Shown here: piece by piece, positions 47,485 through 58,173 of the stretch | How the letters are laid out: every line of letters starts with the position of its first letter | Position numbering within the stretch: the stretch's first letter is position 1 | Assembly: GCA_963668315.1 (NCBI GenBank) | Contig: OY764216.1 | Coordinates: 1,024,001-1,088,000 of the forward strand | DNA length: 64,000 nt | Direction of reading: 5' to 3' | Origin: Spirochaetia bacterium | GTDB lineage: Bacteria; Spirochaetota; Spirochaetia; DSM-2461 | Program-made: the position numbers and the translations under genes | The notes under the pieces: generated by a model | Seen by the model: only the letters and a program-made list of their open reading frames with translations | Told to the model about the DNA's origin: nothing | Databases searched by the model: none

Positions 47485-48912
47485 ATGAAGATACTGCGGA
47501 TACTGGCGGTCGCCCTGATCATGACGGTCGGACTGGCGGCTCAGGATATTCCCGGCATGACCCACAGGGTTCTGGACAACGGTCTGGAGCTTTTCATGCT
47601 GGAGAATCATACGGTTCCTTTGACCACGGTGCAGATCACATTCCGCTGCGGCGCGCTCACTCAGACGCCCGAAACGGCCGGATTGTTTCATTTATACGAA
47701 CACATGCTGTTCAAGGGAAATCGCACATATAAGACGCAAACCGAGTTTATGGCGGCGATGAAATCCCTGGGCGTGGGGAACTGGAACGGGGGGACGAGCA
47801 CCGAATACGTTACCTATTACTTTACCATTCCCTCGGAAAAAACGGAGGAGGGCATCTCCTTCTGGAGCGAGGCGGTCCGATATCCCCTGTTCAACGAGTC
47901 CGAACTGGAGGTCGAGAAGGGCGTGGTGACGAATGAGATAAAGGGGTACCATAACGATCCTTCGGACAATTTCTCCCAGGCCGTGGCGGGGCGGCTCTTT
48001 TACGAGTATCCCTGGCGGAGGGACGTCTCCGGGCCGGTGGATGTGATTCAGAACTGCACGATCGACCAGCTCAGGGAGATGCAGAAGACCTTCTATACCC
48101 CGGACAACTGCGCCCTCTTCGTGGCGGGCGATATCGACCCGGAGCAGGTGGAGCCCATGGTGGAGAAGCTGATGGGCGGCTGGGAACGGAATCCCGACCC
48201 CTATGTGATCGAGAATCCCCATCCCCTGATGAAGGGCAATTCCCGGGCCGTTTTCCAGGAACCTTCCATGTATCCCGGGTTCGCCAAGATCGAGATGTAT
48301 ATGCGGGGGCCCGATGTCCTGGCCGATCCGGACGCGACCTATGCGGCGGACGTGCTGCTCACTCTGCTGGGAGACCCGGAGAGCCGCTTCCGCCGGTCGG
48401 TGTTTGAAAAAGTTCCCGGCCTGTACGCGCCGGAGTACATCTGGAAATCCTACTACACCCAGAAGGACGGCGGGCAGATTTTCATGGGGGCTTACGCGGT
48501 GATTCAGCCGGGCATCGATCCCTATGTGACGGCGGAGCTCTTCAAGGATGCCGTCCTCGAGGAGATCGAGGTTATGATCAGGGATCCGGACTACTTCGCC
48601 GAGGAGGACTACGGGGTGATGAAGAACATTCTGGAGGACCAGCGGCTCCTCGCCATGGAGGTTCCCTCTTCCTTTATCTCGGAGTTCTCCTTCTGGTGGG
48701 CTTCGGCCTCGACCGACTATTTCAAGGGGTATATCGATAACATGAAGAAGGTCGGCCACGGGGAGATTGCGTCCTATCTTGAGAAATACGTATCGGAGAA
48801 GCCCTGGCTTCTGACGGTGGAGATGAATCCCGATCTCTACGCCCAATATCCCGCGGCGGACAATTATGAAGAGATCACCCGGGACAGCGCCTACTGGTGG
48901 CAGAAGAGATAG
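47485..48912 (+). CDS. M16-family zinc peptidase, catalytic subunit, exported
   Basis: GGAGG RBS; signal peptide; inverted zinc motif HLYEH; 'EKGVV.NE'. Confidence 0.9.
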   Translation: MKILRILAVALIMTVGLAAQDIPGMTHRVLDNGLELFMLENHTVPLTTVQITFRCGALTQTPETAGLFHLYEHMLFKGNRTYKTQTEFMAAMKSLGVGNWNGGTSTEYVTYYFTIPSEKTEEGISFWSEAVRYPLFNESELEVEKGVVTNEIKGYHNDPSDNFSQAVAGRLFYEYPWRRDVSGPVDVIQNCTIDQLREMQKTFYTPDNCALFVAGDIDPEQVEPMVEKLMGGWERNPDPYVIENPHPLMKGNSRAVFQEPSMYPGFAKIEMYMRGPDVLADPDATYAADVLLTLLGDPESRFRRSVFEKVPGLYAPEYIWKSYYTQKDGGQIFMGAYAVIQPGIDPYVTAELFKDAVLEEIEVMIRDPDYFAEEDYGVMKNILEDQRLLAMEVPSSFISEFSFWWASASTDYFKGYIDNMKKVGHGEIASYLEKYVSEKPWLLTVEMNPDLYAQYPAADNYEEITRDSAYWWQKR

Positions 48913-48921
48913 GGGGAGAGG

Positions 48922-50328
48922 ATGAAAGGATTGATTAATATACTAACGAGAAAAGCGGCTCTGGCGGTTTTGCTCCTGGCTCTGGTTTCGGGCGCCGCCT
49001 ATTCCCTGGCCTCCGGAGAGACCGGACAGGGGTCATCTGACCGGGGGCCGGAGATCGTTTCCCTGACCCTGGATAACGGCATTCCCCTGTTCGTGCAGAA
49101 GAGCGAGACCAGCAGCGTGCGGGCCCTGAAGCTCTATCTCAAGGGACAGGCCCAGTACGGGATCGAGGGGAAAGAGGGTATTGAGAAGCTGACTCTGAGT
49201 CTCCTGGCCCACGGTTCGGAAAACTACAGCTGGGAAGAGGTCCAGACTATCCTCCATGAGAAAAGTTCCGCCGTGGGAGCCTTCGCCGACTATTTCGACT
49301 ACTCCGGTTTCTCCCTTATGACTCTGGATAAGTATTACGACGAAATTTACGATTTGTTTAAGGATGAGCTGCTGAATCCGTCCTGGGATGAGGACGAGTT
49401 CGGGAAAGTGAAAAACAGTCTGCTCATGGCCCGGACGCAAAAGGAGGCCGATCCCTACTCCCTGGCGTCCCAGGTGCTGTCCGACTCCTTTTTCGGTGAC
49501 CATCCCTATCAGACCGATATCGACGGGACTCTGGAAGATCTGGAGGGCATGACGCTGGATGACGTGAAAGACTATTACGCCACGTCCCTTTCGGCCAAGC
49601 GGATTTTCTTCGTGGCCGTGGGCGATTTCGATCCGGCGGCCCTTCGGGAACAGCTGAACGGCGATTTCGGCGGCCTTCCCATGACGGGGGAGGATTTTGT
49701 CCCGGCCGGCCCTCTGGCCCCCCTTGCGGAAACGACGGTGATGACCGAGCCCTTCGCCGATTCCCCCGGCCTGGCCTACGTGCGGGGCAACTGGGTTCTG
49801 CCCGAAATGTCCGCCCGGGACAAGGCGGCCCTGGAGCTGGGGCTGAGCCTTCTGGACGATATCCTTTTCCAGGTGGTGCGGACGGAAAACTCCGCCTGCT
49901 ACAGTGTCTGGGCCAATCTGTACGATTTCCAGGCCAAGTACGCCTGCTTCGGCGTCTATAAGACCCAGGTCCCCTACGAGGTGGATGAGATGATTATGGA
50001 AGGGGTGGATATTCTGGCTTCCGGCCGATGCATGTCCACGTCGCCCAGCGGGGACGATCCCTATGTTCCCATTGAGGACGCCCTGGAGTTCTACAAGGCC
50101 CAGTTCGTGACGAACTATTACACGAATCAGCAGACCAATGCCAGCGTGGCCGACCAGATAGGCAAGTCCTATCTGTACGACGGCGATCCGGCGGCTTACC
50201 GGAGCGAATCGGATCTGTGGGAGAAGGTGACCACCGAAGATATCGTCGACGCCATTAATGCCTACGTGGTGGATCAGCCGATTATGTGGATGGTTCTGGG
50301 AGGCGAAGACGTTATCCGGCAGAACTAG
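48922..50328 (+). CDS. M16-family peptidase-like subunit without zinc motif
   Basis: 'LDNGI', 'HPY', 'VGDFD', 'VR......YSV'; no HxxEH. Confidence 0.85.
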   Translation: MKGLINILTRKAALAVLLLALVSGAAYSLASGETGQGSSDRGPEIVSLTLDNGIPLFVQKSETSSVRALKLYLKGQAQYGIEGKEGIEKLTLSLLAHGSENYSWEEVQTILHEKSSAVGAFADYFDYSGFSLMTLDKYYDEIYDLFKDELLNPSWDEDEFGKVKNSLLMARTQKEADPYSLASQVLSDSFFGDHPYQTDIDGTLEDLEGMTLDDVKDYYATSLSAKRIFFVAVGDFDPAALREQLNGDFGGLPMTGEDFVPAGPLAPLAETTVMTEPFADSPGLAYVRGNWVLPEMSARDKAALELGLSLLDDILFQVVRTENSACYSVWANLYDFQAKYACFGVYKTQVPYEVDEMIMEGVDILASGRCMSTSPSGDDPYVPIEDALEFYKAQFVTNYYTNQQTNASVADQIGKSYLYDGDPAAYRSESDLWEKVTTEDIVDAINAYVVDQPIMWMVLGGEDVIRQN

Positions 50329-50349
50329 CCGTTCCGATCCCGCTCCGGA

Positions 50350-50745
50350 TCAGGTACAAAGGTAGGGGGCGTATTTTCTGTCCGTTACCTGGATGTGTTC
50401 CAGAAGCCAGTCCCGAAGGAACACGAATATTTCCGCCGGAGCGGATTTTTTCCCCTTACGGATTTTCCTTTCCAGTTCGTCTATTTCGCCTATGAATTCT
50501 CTGTGTATCCCGCAGTGGTTTCTGAAGTCCGGATAACCCCTGCTTTCCATGAGGGCCTCTTCGAACTGGAAATGTTTTTCCGCATACTCCCGTAGCTCTT
50601 CCAGCTTTATGATAAAGTGCTCATTCTTGACAAATTTCATCATCATTTCATAGGTTTCATTGAGAATCTGCACCAGATAGCGGTGCTGTTCATCGATTTT
50701 CCCCCCATCCAGATTGAAGGCCGGCTGCCACTGTATATATTCCAT
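50350..50745 (-). CDS. Bacteriohemerythrin
   Basis: 'IDEQH', 'HFQFEE.LM', 'H...H', 'WL.EHI...D..Y'. Confidence 0.93.
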   Translation of the reverse strand: MEYIQWQPAFNLDGGKIDEQHRYLVQILNETYEMMMKFVKNEHFIIKLEELREYAEKHFQFEEALMESRGYPDFRNHCGIHREFIGEIDELERKIRKGKKSAPAEIFVFLRDWLLEHIQVTDRKYAPYLCT

Positions 50746-50820
50746 GGGGCGAGTTTAGCATAGAAAAAACGGAAATTTAACAGACCGGTTCTTGACTTGG
50801 ACTCTTTTCTGTTTTAAATT

Positions 50821-50841
50821 ACCGACAGACAGTCGGTCGGT
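50821..50841. promoter_or_regulatory. Putative TetR operator
   Basis: Inverted repeat ACCGAC-N-GTCGGT just upstream of the TetR gene and downstream of TTGACT...TAAATT. Confidence 0.6.
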
Positions 50842-50851
50842 GAGGTTGTGG

Positions 50852-51496
50852 ATGAGAGTGGTCAAAGAGGCTGAAGAGAGGAAAAAAGAGATTATGGATG
50901 CGGCGGAGCGCCTTTTTATGGAGAAAGGTTTTGACGGGACCAGTACGAACGATATCCTGGCCGCTGTGGGCATCGCCCGGGGAACCTTGTACCATCATTT
51001 CCCCTCCAAGGAACATATTATGGACGGGATCATTGAGCGCCTGGGAGATAAGATTCTGGAAAATGCCCGCAAGGCCGCGGTCGAGAAGGACCTGCCCGTC
51101 TTCGAGCGGCTGGTTAAGACCATCATGGCCCTGAACGCGGGAGAGGCGGAAAACATCCGGCCCAGCGAGGAAATTATGGAATACATCCACCAGCCTCAGA
51201 ATGCTCTGATGCATCAGAAAATCCGAAAGCTGGTGATTACCGGTGTCCCTCCCATCCTGGCGGAAATAATCAAGGACGGCATCGAAGAGGGTGTGTTCCA
51301 AACCCCCTGGCCTCTGGAGACAATGGAGATGATCGTCACCTATGCGAATACCCTCTTCGACGAGGGACTTTTGGATCTGGATGGGGAGGAGATGATGGGC
51401 CGCATAAGGGCTTTCATCTATAACGCGGAACGGCTGCTCGGGGTGGAGGAGGGGAGCGTTCCCTTCGGCCCGGAGCTCTTTGCCGGCGGAGAATAA
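50852..51496 (+). CDS. TetR-family regulator
   Basis: 'AAERLF.EKGF..TS..DI...VGIARGTLYHHFPSKE'. Confidence 0.93.
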   Translation: MRVVKEAEERKKEIMDAAERLFMEKGFDGTSTNDILAAVGIARGTLYHHFPSKEHIMDGIIERLGDKILENARKAAVEKDLPVFERLVKTIMALNAGEAENIRPSEEIMEYIHQPQNALMHQKIRKLVITGVPPILAEIIKDGIEEGVFQTPWPLETMEMIVTYANTLFDEGLLDLDGEEMMGRIRAFIYNAERLLGVEEGSVPFGPELFAGGE

Positions 51497-51500
51497 AATC

Positions 51501-52790
51501 ATGGAAAAGTCCTTTGGCAAGTTTATGATTATCTGGTCGGGGGAGCTGGTCTCCGCCGTGGGGACGGGGATTTCCGCCTTCGGGATCGGAATATTCGTGT
51601 ATAAGCTGACGGGCCGGGCATCGGCTACATCCCTGGCGGCTCTACTGGCTTTTCTTCCGGCCCTGCTGCTCAGCGTTCCCGCCGGTGTGCTGGCCGATCG
51701 TTTTGACAGAAGGCTGATTATGATTCTGGGAGACGGGCTTTCGGCCCTGGGATTGCTCTTTATCTATGCCTGTCTGAATCTGGGACATATCCGGCTCTGG
51801 CAGATCTACCTGGGGCTGGGAATCAGTTCGGTCTTCGCCTCTCTTATCGAACCGGCCTATAAGGCTACCGTTTCCGACCTCCTGAGCGAGGAGAATTACG
51901 CCCGGGCCAGCGGACTGGTTCAGGCAGCCGGTTCGGCGAAGTTTCTCATCTCCCCGGTCATCGCCGGATTTCTTCTGACCCGGACCGACCTGAGGCTGCT
52001 CCTCCTTATCGACATGGCCACGTTCTTCCTGACCATCCTCACCACCATGACCGTGCGGAAGGGACTCCCCGTAAAGGAGAGGCCCCATCAGGCAGGAATG
52101 AGGGAGGAAATCAAGGAGGGATGGGCCGCCCTTTCAGCTCAGAGGGGGATCATGGTTCTGCTTTTTCTGGGCTCGGCCATCACCTTCTTTCTGGGGTTTA
52201 TCCAGACTCTCTCCACCCCCATGGTCATTGTCTTTTCGGACAGCGCCTCCCTGGGCTTGATAGAGACGATAGCCGCCTCGGGAATGCTGGTTTCCAGCCT
52301 TGCCATCGGGATATTCCCCTTGAAAAGGAACTATGCCCCCATCCTGGCTTTTTCCCTTTTTCTGACGGGACTCTTCATGGTCCTTTTCGGATTACGGGAA
52401 AATCTCTTTCTCATAGGTCTGGGGGGATTCCTCTTCTTCGCCACCCTGCCCTTTGCCAATACCTGCCTGGACTTCCTGCTGAGAACCAACATCGAGAACT
52501 CCCTTCAGGGGAGGGCCTGGGGCATCATCGGCCTCATTTCCCAGTTCGGCTATGTGCTCTCCTTCGCTCTGGCAGGACCGCTGGCCGATTATCTCTTTAC
52601 CCCGCTTCTTCTGCCGGAGGGTCCTTTGGCTCCCTCGATCGGGCGGATTCTGGGGACCGGTCCGGGAAGGGGAACGGGATTGCTGATCGTGATCTCAGGC
52701 CTGCTTTTAAGCTTGACCGCCCTGGTCCTCTCCCGTATGAAATCCATAAACGCCCTGGAAGGGGATAAGGAAATGAAACATGCTTCATAA
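51501..52790 (+). CDS. MFS transporter (Mef/DHA3-like)
   Basis: 'AGVLADRFDRR', 'LQGRAWG'; ~12 hydrophobic segments. Confidence 0.9.
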   Translation: MEKSFGKFMIIWSGELVSAVGTGISAFGIGIFVYKLTGRASATSLAALLAFLPALLLSVPAGVLADRFDRRLIMILGDGLSALGLLFIYACLNLGHIRLWQIYLGLGISSVFASLIEPAYKATVSDLLSEENYARASGLVQAAGSAKFLISPVIAGFLLTRTDLRLLLLIDMATFFLTILTTMTVRKGLPVKERPHQAGMREEIKEGWAALSAQRGIMVLLFLGSAITFFLGFIQTLSTPMVIVFSDSASLGLIETIAASGMLVSSLAIGIFPLKRNYAPILAFSLFLTGLFMVLFGLRENLFLIGLGGFLFFATLPFANTCLDFLLRTNIENSLQGRAWGIIGLISQFGYVLSFALAGPLADYLFTPLLLPEGPLAPSIGRILGTGPGRGTGLLIVISGLLLSLTALVLSRMKSINALEGDKEMKHAS

Positions 52791-55095
52791 AATCATCCTG
52801 AACGATCTTCGGCGCAACGGTGTCGTCTCGGGAATCACGATTCTTTTCACCGCCGCCGCTGCCTTCCTCCTGGCCCTCTCGGTCCTGCTGGCGGTCAATC
52901 TATTCGGCGCCATCGACACTCTCATGGCCCGGGCCCGGACCCCTCACTTCATGCAGATGCACAGCGGGGGGATAGACCGGGACAGAATGGCCGCCTTTGC
53001 CGAAGAGGAGGGAAATGTGGAGGCCTGGCAGATTGGGGAGTTCCTGAACTGGGACAGCGCCGATCTGATTTTAGGAGATCTCTCTCTGGGCGGTTCCATA
53101 CAGGATAACGGCTTTACCGTGCAGAACGGCCGCTTCGATTATCTCCCGGCCATGGACGGTCCCCTCCCCTTTCCTGCTCCGGGAGAGGTCTATCTGCCCC
53201 TCAGTCTTATGAAGGAGGGGGCCGCCCGGGAGGGGGATACTCTCCGGGCGGGGGGAATGTCCTTTCGGGTGGCCGGTTTTATCCGCGATTCACAGATGAA
53301 CTCCACCCTGGCATCTTCCAAGCGCTTCCTTATAAATCCGGAGGATTTCGAAGCCCTCCGGCCGGGCGGAATCCTTGAGTATCTCATCGAGTTCCGCCTG
53401 AAGGATCCGGAGCTTCTTAACCAGTTCCAGAACGACTACCTGTACGCCGGTCTGGAAAATAACGGGCCGACAGTGACCTGGGGGCTCTTCCGCCTTATGA
53501 ACGCCCTCTCCGACGGGCTGATGATCGCCGTTCTCCTGCTCGTCAGCCTCTTGGTAACGGCGGTGGCTTTCCTGTGCATCCGCTTCTCCCTTCTGGCTAA
53601 AATTGAGGAGGACTACCGGGAGATCGGCATCATGAAAGCGGTGGGGCTGCCCTCTTCGCGGATCGGCGGAATCTTCCTGTCCAAATACCGGATCCTTCTT
53701 CTGCTGGGCTGCCTTGCCGGCTACGGCCTCTCCCTGCTGCTTCAGGATATCTTCCTCAGGAATATCCGGCTCTTCATGGGAGAGGGTGAAGGCTTTGGCG
53801 CATCCCTCTGGGGGATACTGGGCGGGGCCGCGGTTTATCTGGGGGTTATCCTTTATGTGAGGAAGCTGCTGGGAAGAATCAGAAACATTTCCCCCGCCCG
53901 GGCCCTCCGCTTTGGAACCTCCCCCGGGGGAGAAGGGAAGGGCCGGTCTTTGCGCCTTTCGGTCCGCTCCTTTCCCGGGGTGAATCTTTTCCTGGGAATC
54001 GGGAGTGTTCTGGCCGAGAAGAAGCTCTACCTGACCATGTTCCTCGTTTTTATCGCCGCTTCCTTTATCATGATCGTGCCCCAGAACCTCTCTTCCACCA
54101 TCGGCTCCCGGGATTTCGCCTCCTACATGGGAATCGGTCTGTGCGATATACGAATCGACATAAGGCAGACCGGCGATATCGGGGCGAAATCCTCGCTCCT
54201 GGCCGAACAGCTGGGCAAAGACCGGGATGTGGCCCGTTACGCCCTTCTTACCACCCGGGCCTACAAGGCGGAAACGGGAGAAGGGACCGGGAGCAATCTC
54301 AAGGTGGAACTGGGCGATCATACCCGGTTCCCCGTCCTCTACACCAGGGGAAAGGCGCCGGAAGGGCCGCAGGATATCGCCCTTTCCTCCCTTGAGGCGG
54401 AGGAGCTGGGCCTGGCGCCGGGGGATAGTCTTACCCTGTATATCCGGGGGAGAGCGGTACCCCTGAGAGTCTGCGGGACCTACTCGGATATAACGAACGG
54501 AGGCATGACGGCCAAGGCTTCCTTTACGGATGATTCGGCCGATATCATGTGGGCCCATCTGTGCGTGGATCTGAACGACAGGGCGATCATCCCCGGGAAA
54601 ATCGAGTCACTGGAAAAAGCCTATCCCTTTGCCAAGGTGACAGATCTGGAGGGCTACATCGCCCAGACCTTCGGTTCCACCATAGAACCGGTGCGCCGCG
54701 CTTCCCGCATGGCCGTACTGGCCGCACTGGTCATAGCGGCGGCCGTGACCGGTCTGTTCATGACCATGCTTACCGCCCGGGATTCCCGGTCCATCGCCGT
54801 TCTCCGGGCCATCGGCTTTACCGGCGGGGATATCCGCCTGCAGTACGCCGCCCGGACCGTCTTCGTCCTGCTTCTGGGGGGCGCGGCCGGAACGGTTCTG
54901 GCCAATACCCTGGGAGAGAGCCTGGCGGGGGCGATCATCTCCTCTCTGGGGGTAAGCGCTTTCCGGTTTACCGTCAATCCCGTCATGGCCTACCTGGTCT
55001 ATCCGCTTCTTCTGATTCTGACCGTCTGCCTGGCTACTCTCGGAGGAGCGGCCGGGACGGGTAAAATGAAAATATCCGACTACATAGGGGAGTAA
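52780..55095 (+). CDS. ABC transporter permease with two FtsX-like modules
   Basis: 'REIGIMKAVG', 'IAVLRAIGF'. Confidence 0.88.
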   Translation: MLHKIILNDLRRNGVVSGITILFTAAAAFLLALSVLLAVNLFGAIDTLMARARTPHFMQMHSGGIDRDRMAAFAEEEGNVEAWQIGEFLNWDSADLILGDLSLGGSIQDNGFTVQNGRFDYLPAMDGPLPFPAPGEVYLPLSLMKEGAAREGDTLRAGGMSFRVAGFIRDSQMNSTLASSKRFLINPEDFEALRPGGILEYLIEFRLKDPELLNQFQNDYLYAGLENNGPTVTWGLFRLMNALSDGLMIAVLLLVSLLVTAVAFLCIRFSLLAKIEEDYREIGIMKAVGLPSSRIGGIFLSKYRILLLLGCLAGYGLSLLLQDIFLRNIRLFMGEGEGFGASLWGILGGAAVYLGVILYVRKLLGRIRNISPARALRFGTSPGGEGKGRSLRLSVRSFPGVNLFLGIGSVLAEKKLYLTMFLVFIAASFIMIVPQNLSSTIGSRDFASYMGIGLCDIRIDIRQTGDIGAKSSLLAEQLGKDRDVARYALLTTRAYKAETGEGTGSNLKVELGDHTRFPVLYTRGKAPEGPQDIALSSLEAEELGLAPGDSLTLYIRGRAVPLRVCGTYSDITNGGMTAKASFTDDSADIMWAHLCVDLNDRAIIPGKIESLEKAYPFAKVTDLEGYIAQTFGSTIEPVRRASRMAVLAALVIAAAVTGLFMTMLTARDSRSIAVLRAIGFTGGDIRLQYAARTVFVLLLGGAAGTVLANTLGESLAGAIISSLGVSAFRFTVNPVMAYLVYPLLLILTVCLATLGGAAGTGKMKISDYIGE

Positions 55096-55098
55096 ATT

Positions 55099-55851
55099 AT
55101 GGAAAATCTGATCAAAGCAGAGAATATTGTCAAATCCTTCGGGAAGAAGGAGCGTAATGTCATAGATGACCTGACCCTGGACATTGGAAAAGGGGAATTT
55201 ATCGCCGTAATGGGACCCTCCGGTTCGGGAAAATCCACCCTGCTCTATGCCTTGAGCGGAATGGATCCGGTTCAGAAGGGCCGGGTCAGTTTTATGGGGA
55301 AAGACCTCTCCCTTCTCTCTGAGAAGGAGAAGGCCGAAATGCTCCGCACGGGCATGGGATTTGTCTTCCAGCAGCCCACCCTGCTTAAGAATTTGAACAT
55401 TCTGGACAATATCATGCTTCCCGCCTGCCGCAGGGGCGGGGAGAAACGGGAGATAATTGCCCAAAGGGCCCGGGCCTACATGGAAAAGACCGGAATCGGC
55501 GGACTGGAAGACAGGGAGATCACCCAGGTCTCGGGGGGGCAGCTCCAGAGAGCCGGCCTCTGCCGGGCGCTTATGAACAACCCGCCCATCCTTTTCGGCG
55601 ACGAGCCTACCGGGGCCCTCAACTCCCGCACGGTGGAAGAGGTCATGGACCTCTTTTCCCTCATTCACGCAGAGGGCCGAACCGTCTTTCTCGTGACCCA
55701 CGATGCCCGCGTCGCCGCCCGGGCGGAGAGAGTTCTCTTCATGGCCGACGGAAAAATCGTCGAGGAGACGGCCCTGCCCGCAATGGGAGGGGGAACCCGC
55801 GAGGACAGGGTGGGACTCATAAGAAAAAAAATGGAAAAAATCGGCATATAA
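55099..55851 (+). CDS. ABC transporter ATP-binding protein (LolD/MacB type)
   Basis: GPSGSGKST, VSGGQLQR, DEPTGALN, VTHD. Confidence 0.93.
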   Translation: MENLIKAENIVKSFGKKERNVIDDLTLDIGKGEFIAVMGPSGSGKSTLLYALSGMDPVQKGRVSFMGKDLSLLSEKEKAEMLRTGMGFVFQQPTLLKNLNILDNIMLPACRRGGEKREIIAQRARAYMEKTGIGGLEDREITQVSGGQLQRAGLCRALMNNPPILFGDEPTGALNSRTVEEVMDLFSLIHAEGRTVFLVTHDARVAARAERVLFMADGKIVEETALPAMGGGTREDRVGLIRKKMEKIGI

Positions 55852-55920
55852 TAGGGCTGTTTTTTTCAGAAATATTTGAAACCGGAACAAATATCCCTTT
55901 AAATGAATTAAGGGGTATTT

Positions 55921-58173
55921 ATGAAGATCCGTTCAAAATTAATTTTATCCATTTTAATACCGGTTATTCTTTTTGTATTGGCCGGCATAGCTTTTATTGG
56001 AACCATGGCAACGAAAACGCTGAGGGAAGATGCCTTTCTTCTGGCGGAACAGTATTCCATCTCCGCCTCGGAAGAAATAGGGAATTCCATGGATCTGGCT
56101 GTCGGCGATATTCTGCAGCTGAGAAATATGGTGGAGCATCTAAAGGATAGCGGTTATACCGATAGGGATATACTTCCGGGGTTACTGGAATATAAACTGC
56201 AGACCCATGGGGATTTTTTCTCCTACTGGATTCTGTTCGAGCCTGACGGATGGGACGGAAGGGATGCCTTCTTCGCCAACAAAGATGACTATGACGAAAC
56301 GGGTAACTATGCGGTCTGGGCCTACCGGGACGAAGGGGCGGTCAATGTCACGACCGAAGCCTGGGGGGTGGAATCCTATGGGGAGGATTATTACGCCATT
56401 CCCAAGAGAACCGGAAAAATCTATATGGCCGAACCCTATGAGGAGGAAGTGGAAACGGGGGTCTGGGTCAGCATGATCTCCCTATCCATTCCTATGAGAG
56501 ATAAGGACGGCGTTATCTACGGGGTGACGGGGATTGATATATCCCTTGATTTTCTGAATAGCGTCATTGGCCAGACCGACAGCTATACCAAAGGTTTCGC
56601 CACCATTTCCAATAAGGAAGGACTCATCTATGCCGATTCGGACAAAACCCGTGTCGGAGGGTATATCTCCGATACCAGCACCACAGATGCTGTCAGCGCC
56701 GCGTCCCGGGCATTCAGTTCGGAAAGTCCGGTGAGGTTGACATCCTACTCCGAAATTTATCAGACCGATTATATTCAGCTTTATTCAGTTATCGAATTTG
56801 AAGCCAATATCGATGACTGGCTCTTTATCGTCTCCATTCCCGAGGAAATCATAATGGATGTCCCTCTGAGTATCATCAGGAATATCGGCCTGATCGGAAG
56901 CGGTGTCCTGATTATTCTCGCCGTCATTATCATTATGATTTCATCGGGATTATCCGGCAGGATCAATACTCTTCTGAATAATCTTGTCTCCGTCTCCCAG
57001 GGGAATCTTTGCGTTTCCATAGGCTGGAAAAGGGATGATGAAGTAGGCTATCTGGCGGCGGGATTGAACAGTCTGGTTGTCAATCTGAATGAGAACCTCA
57101 GGGAAGTGATGTCGCTCATCAGGAACCTTCAGGAAACGGCCATAGAGCTTTCCCGGTCTATCGGGGAGACGAACCTTCTTTTTGACAGCTCCGATAAATC
57201 CATTGAAAAGTCCATCTCCGCCGAAAGAGATATCAGGGGCAGTATCAATTCCACCATCTCTTCCATCAAGGATATCACCGAGAGCCTGCGGAGCCTGGAA
57301 GGAAATGTGAACTCCCAAACGGCGACGATCATGGAGTCGGTCGCTTCCATAGAACAGCTCCTGGTCAATATTAATTCCACCGCCGATCTGGTTTCCGAAT
57401 CCCGGGGCTACTATACGGCGCTTACCGATAAATCGGGAATAGGCGAAGGGCTTCTGAATGATGTGATTAAACAGATCGCCAGCATCCAAAGCCAGTCAAA
57501 CGATCTGCTGGAGACAAATACAATCATCGCGGGGATCGCGTCTCAGACAAATCTTCTCTCCATGAATGCCGCCATTGAAGCCGCCCACGCCGGGGAAGCG
57601 GGAAAGGGATTCGCCGTCGTCGCCGATGAGATCAGGAAACTTTCTGAAGAAACCGCCCATAATTCAAGGGACATAGATAAGATACTGAGCGGCATCGTTG
57701 AAACGATCGAGAACGTCGCCCGTTCATCCGAGAGGGTGGGGAGCAATTTCGTGGAGATTCTGGACCTTATCCATGCCGTTTCCGGCAAAGAACAGAAGAT
57801 CAATTCGACACTGCAGGAGGAGAGCACGGGAAGCAAGGTCCTGCTGGAATCGCTGAATGGCATGAAGGACAGCACGATTCAGCTTCAGAGGGAGACCAAA
57901 CAGATTTCAGATTTCGCGGAAAAAATCTTTTCGGAGACGGGTAACCTTCAGAAAAATACGGACAATGTGAAAGAGGCCATCGACGTCATTTACAAAAATA
58001 ACCGTGAAGTTCGGGCCGCGATAGGAACCGTGGACAATCTTACCGAAGAAAACAACCGCAAGGTGGATACGGTGGAGAAGGGACTGGCTTATTTTACCCT
58101 GAAAGATGAAGAGGACAATTGCGGGGAGGCGGCTCTCACGGAAGGGAAGCAGGAGAGCGATTCCCGGAAGTAG
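55921..58173 (+). CDS. Methyl-accepting chemotaxis protein with Cache sensor
   Basis: 2 TM, Cache 'YY..PK..G....EPY', HAMP, 'QTNLLSMNAAIEAAHAGEAGKGFAVVADEIRKL'. Confidence 0.95.
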   Translation: MKIRSKLILSILIPVILFVLAGIAFIGTMATKTLREDAFLLAEQYSISASEEIGNSMDLAVGDILQLRNMVEHLKDSGYTDRDILPGLLEYKLQTHGDFFSYWILFEPDGWDGRDAFFANKDDYDETGNYAVWAYRDEGAVNVTTEAWGVESYGEDYYAIPKRTGKIYMAEPYEEEVETGVWVSMISLSIPMRDKDGVIYGVTGIDISLDFLNSVIGQTDSYTKGFATISNKEGLIYADSDKTRVGGYISDTSTTDAVSAASRAFSSESPVRLTSYSEIYQTDYIQLYSVIEFEANIDDWLFIVSIPEEIIMDVPLSIIRNIGLIGSGVLIILAVIIIMISSGLSGRINTLLNNLVSVSQGNLCVSIGWKRDDEVGYLAAGLNSLVVNLNENLREVMSLIRNLQETAIELSRSIGETNLLFDSSDKSIEKSISAERDIRGSINSTISSIKDITESLRSLEGNVNSQTATIMESVASIEQLLVNINSTADLVSESRGYYTALTDKSGIGEGLLNDVIKQIASIQSQSNDLLETNTIIAGIASQTNLLSMNAAIEAAHAGEAGKGFAVVADEIRKLSEETAHNSRDIDKILSGIVETIENVARSSERVGSNFVEILDLIHAVSGKEQKINSTLQEESTGSKVLLESLNGMKDSTIQLQRETKQISDFAEKIFSETGNLQKNTDNVKEAIDVIYKNNREVRAAIGTVDNLTEENNRKVDTVEKGLAYFTLKDEEDNCGEAALTEGKQESDSRK

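Noticed and set aside
50852..55851. TetR-MFS-ABC block as a novel resistance island
   Set aside because: Ordinary efflux-type cluster with no mobility signatures or specific resistance determinant
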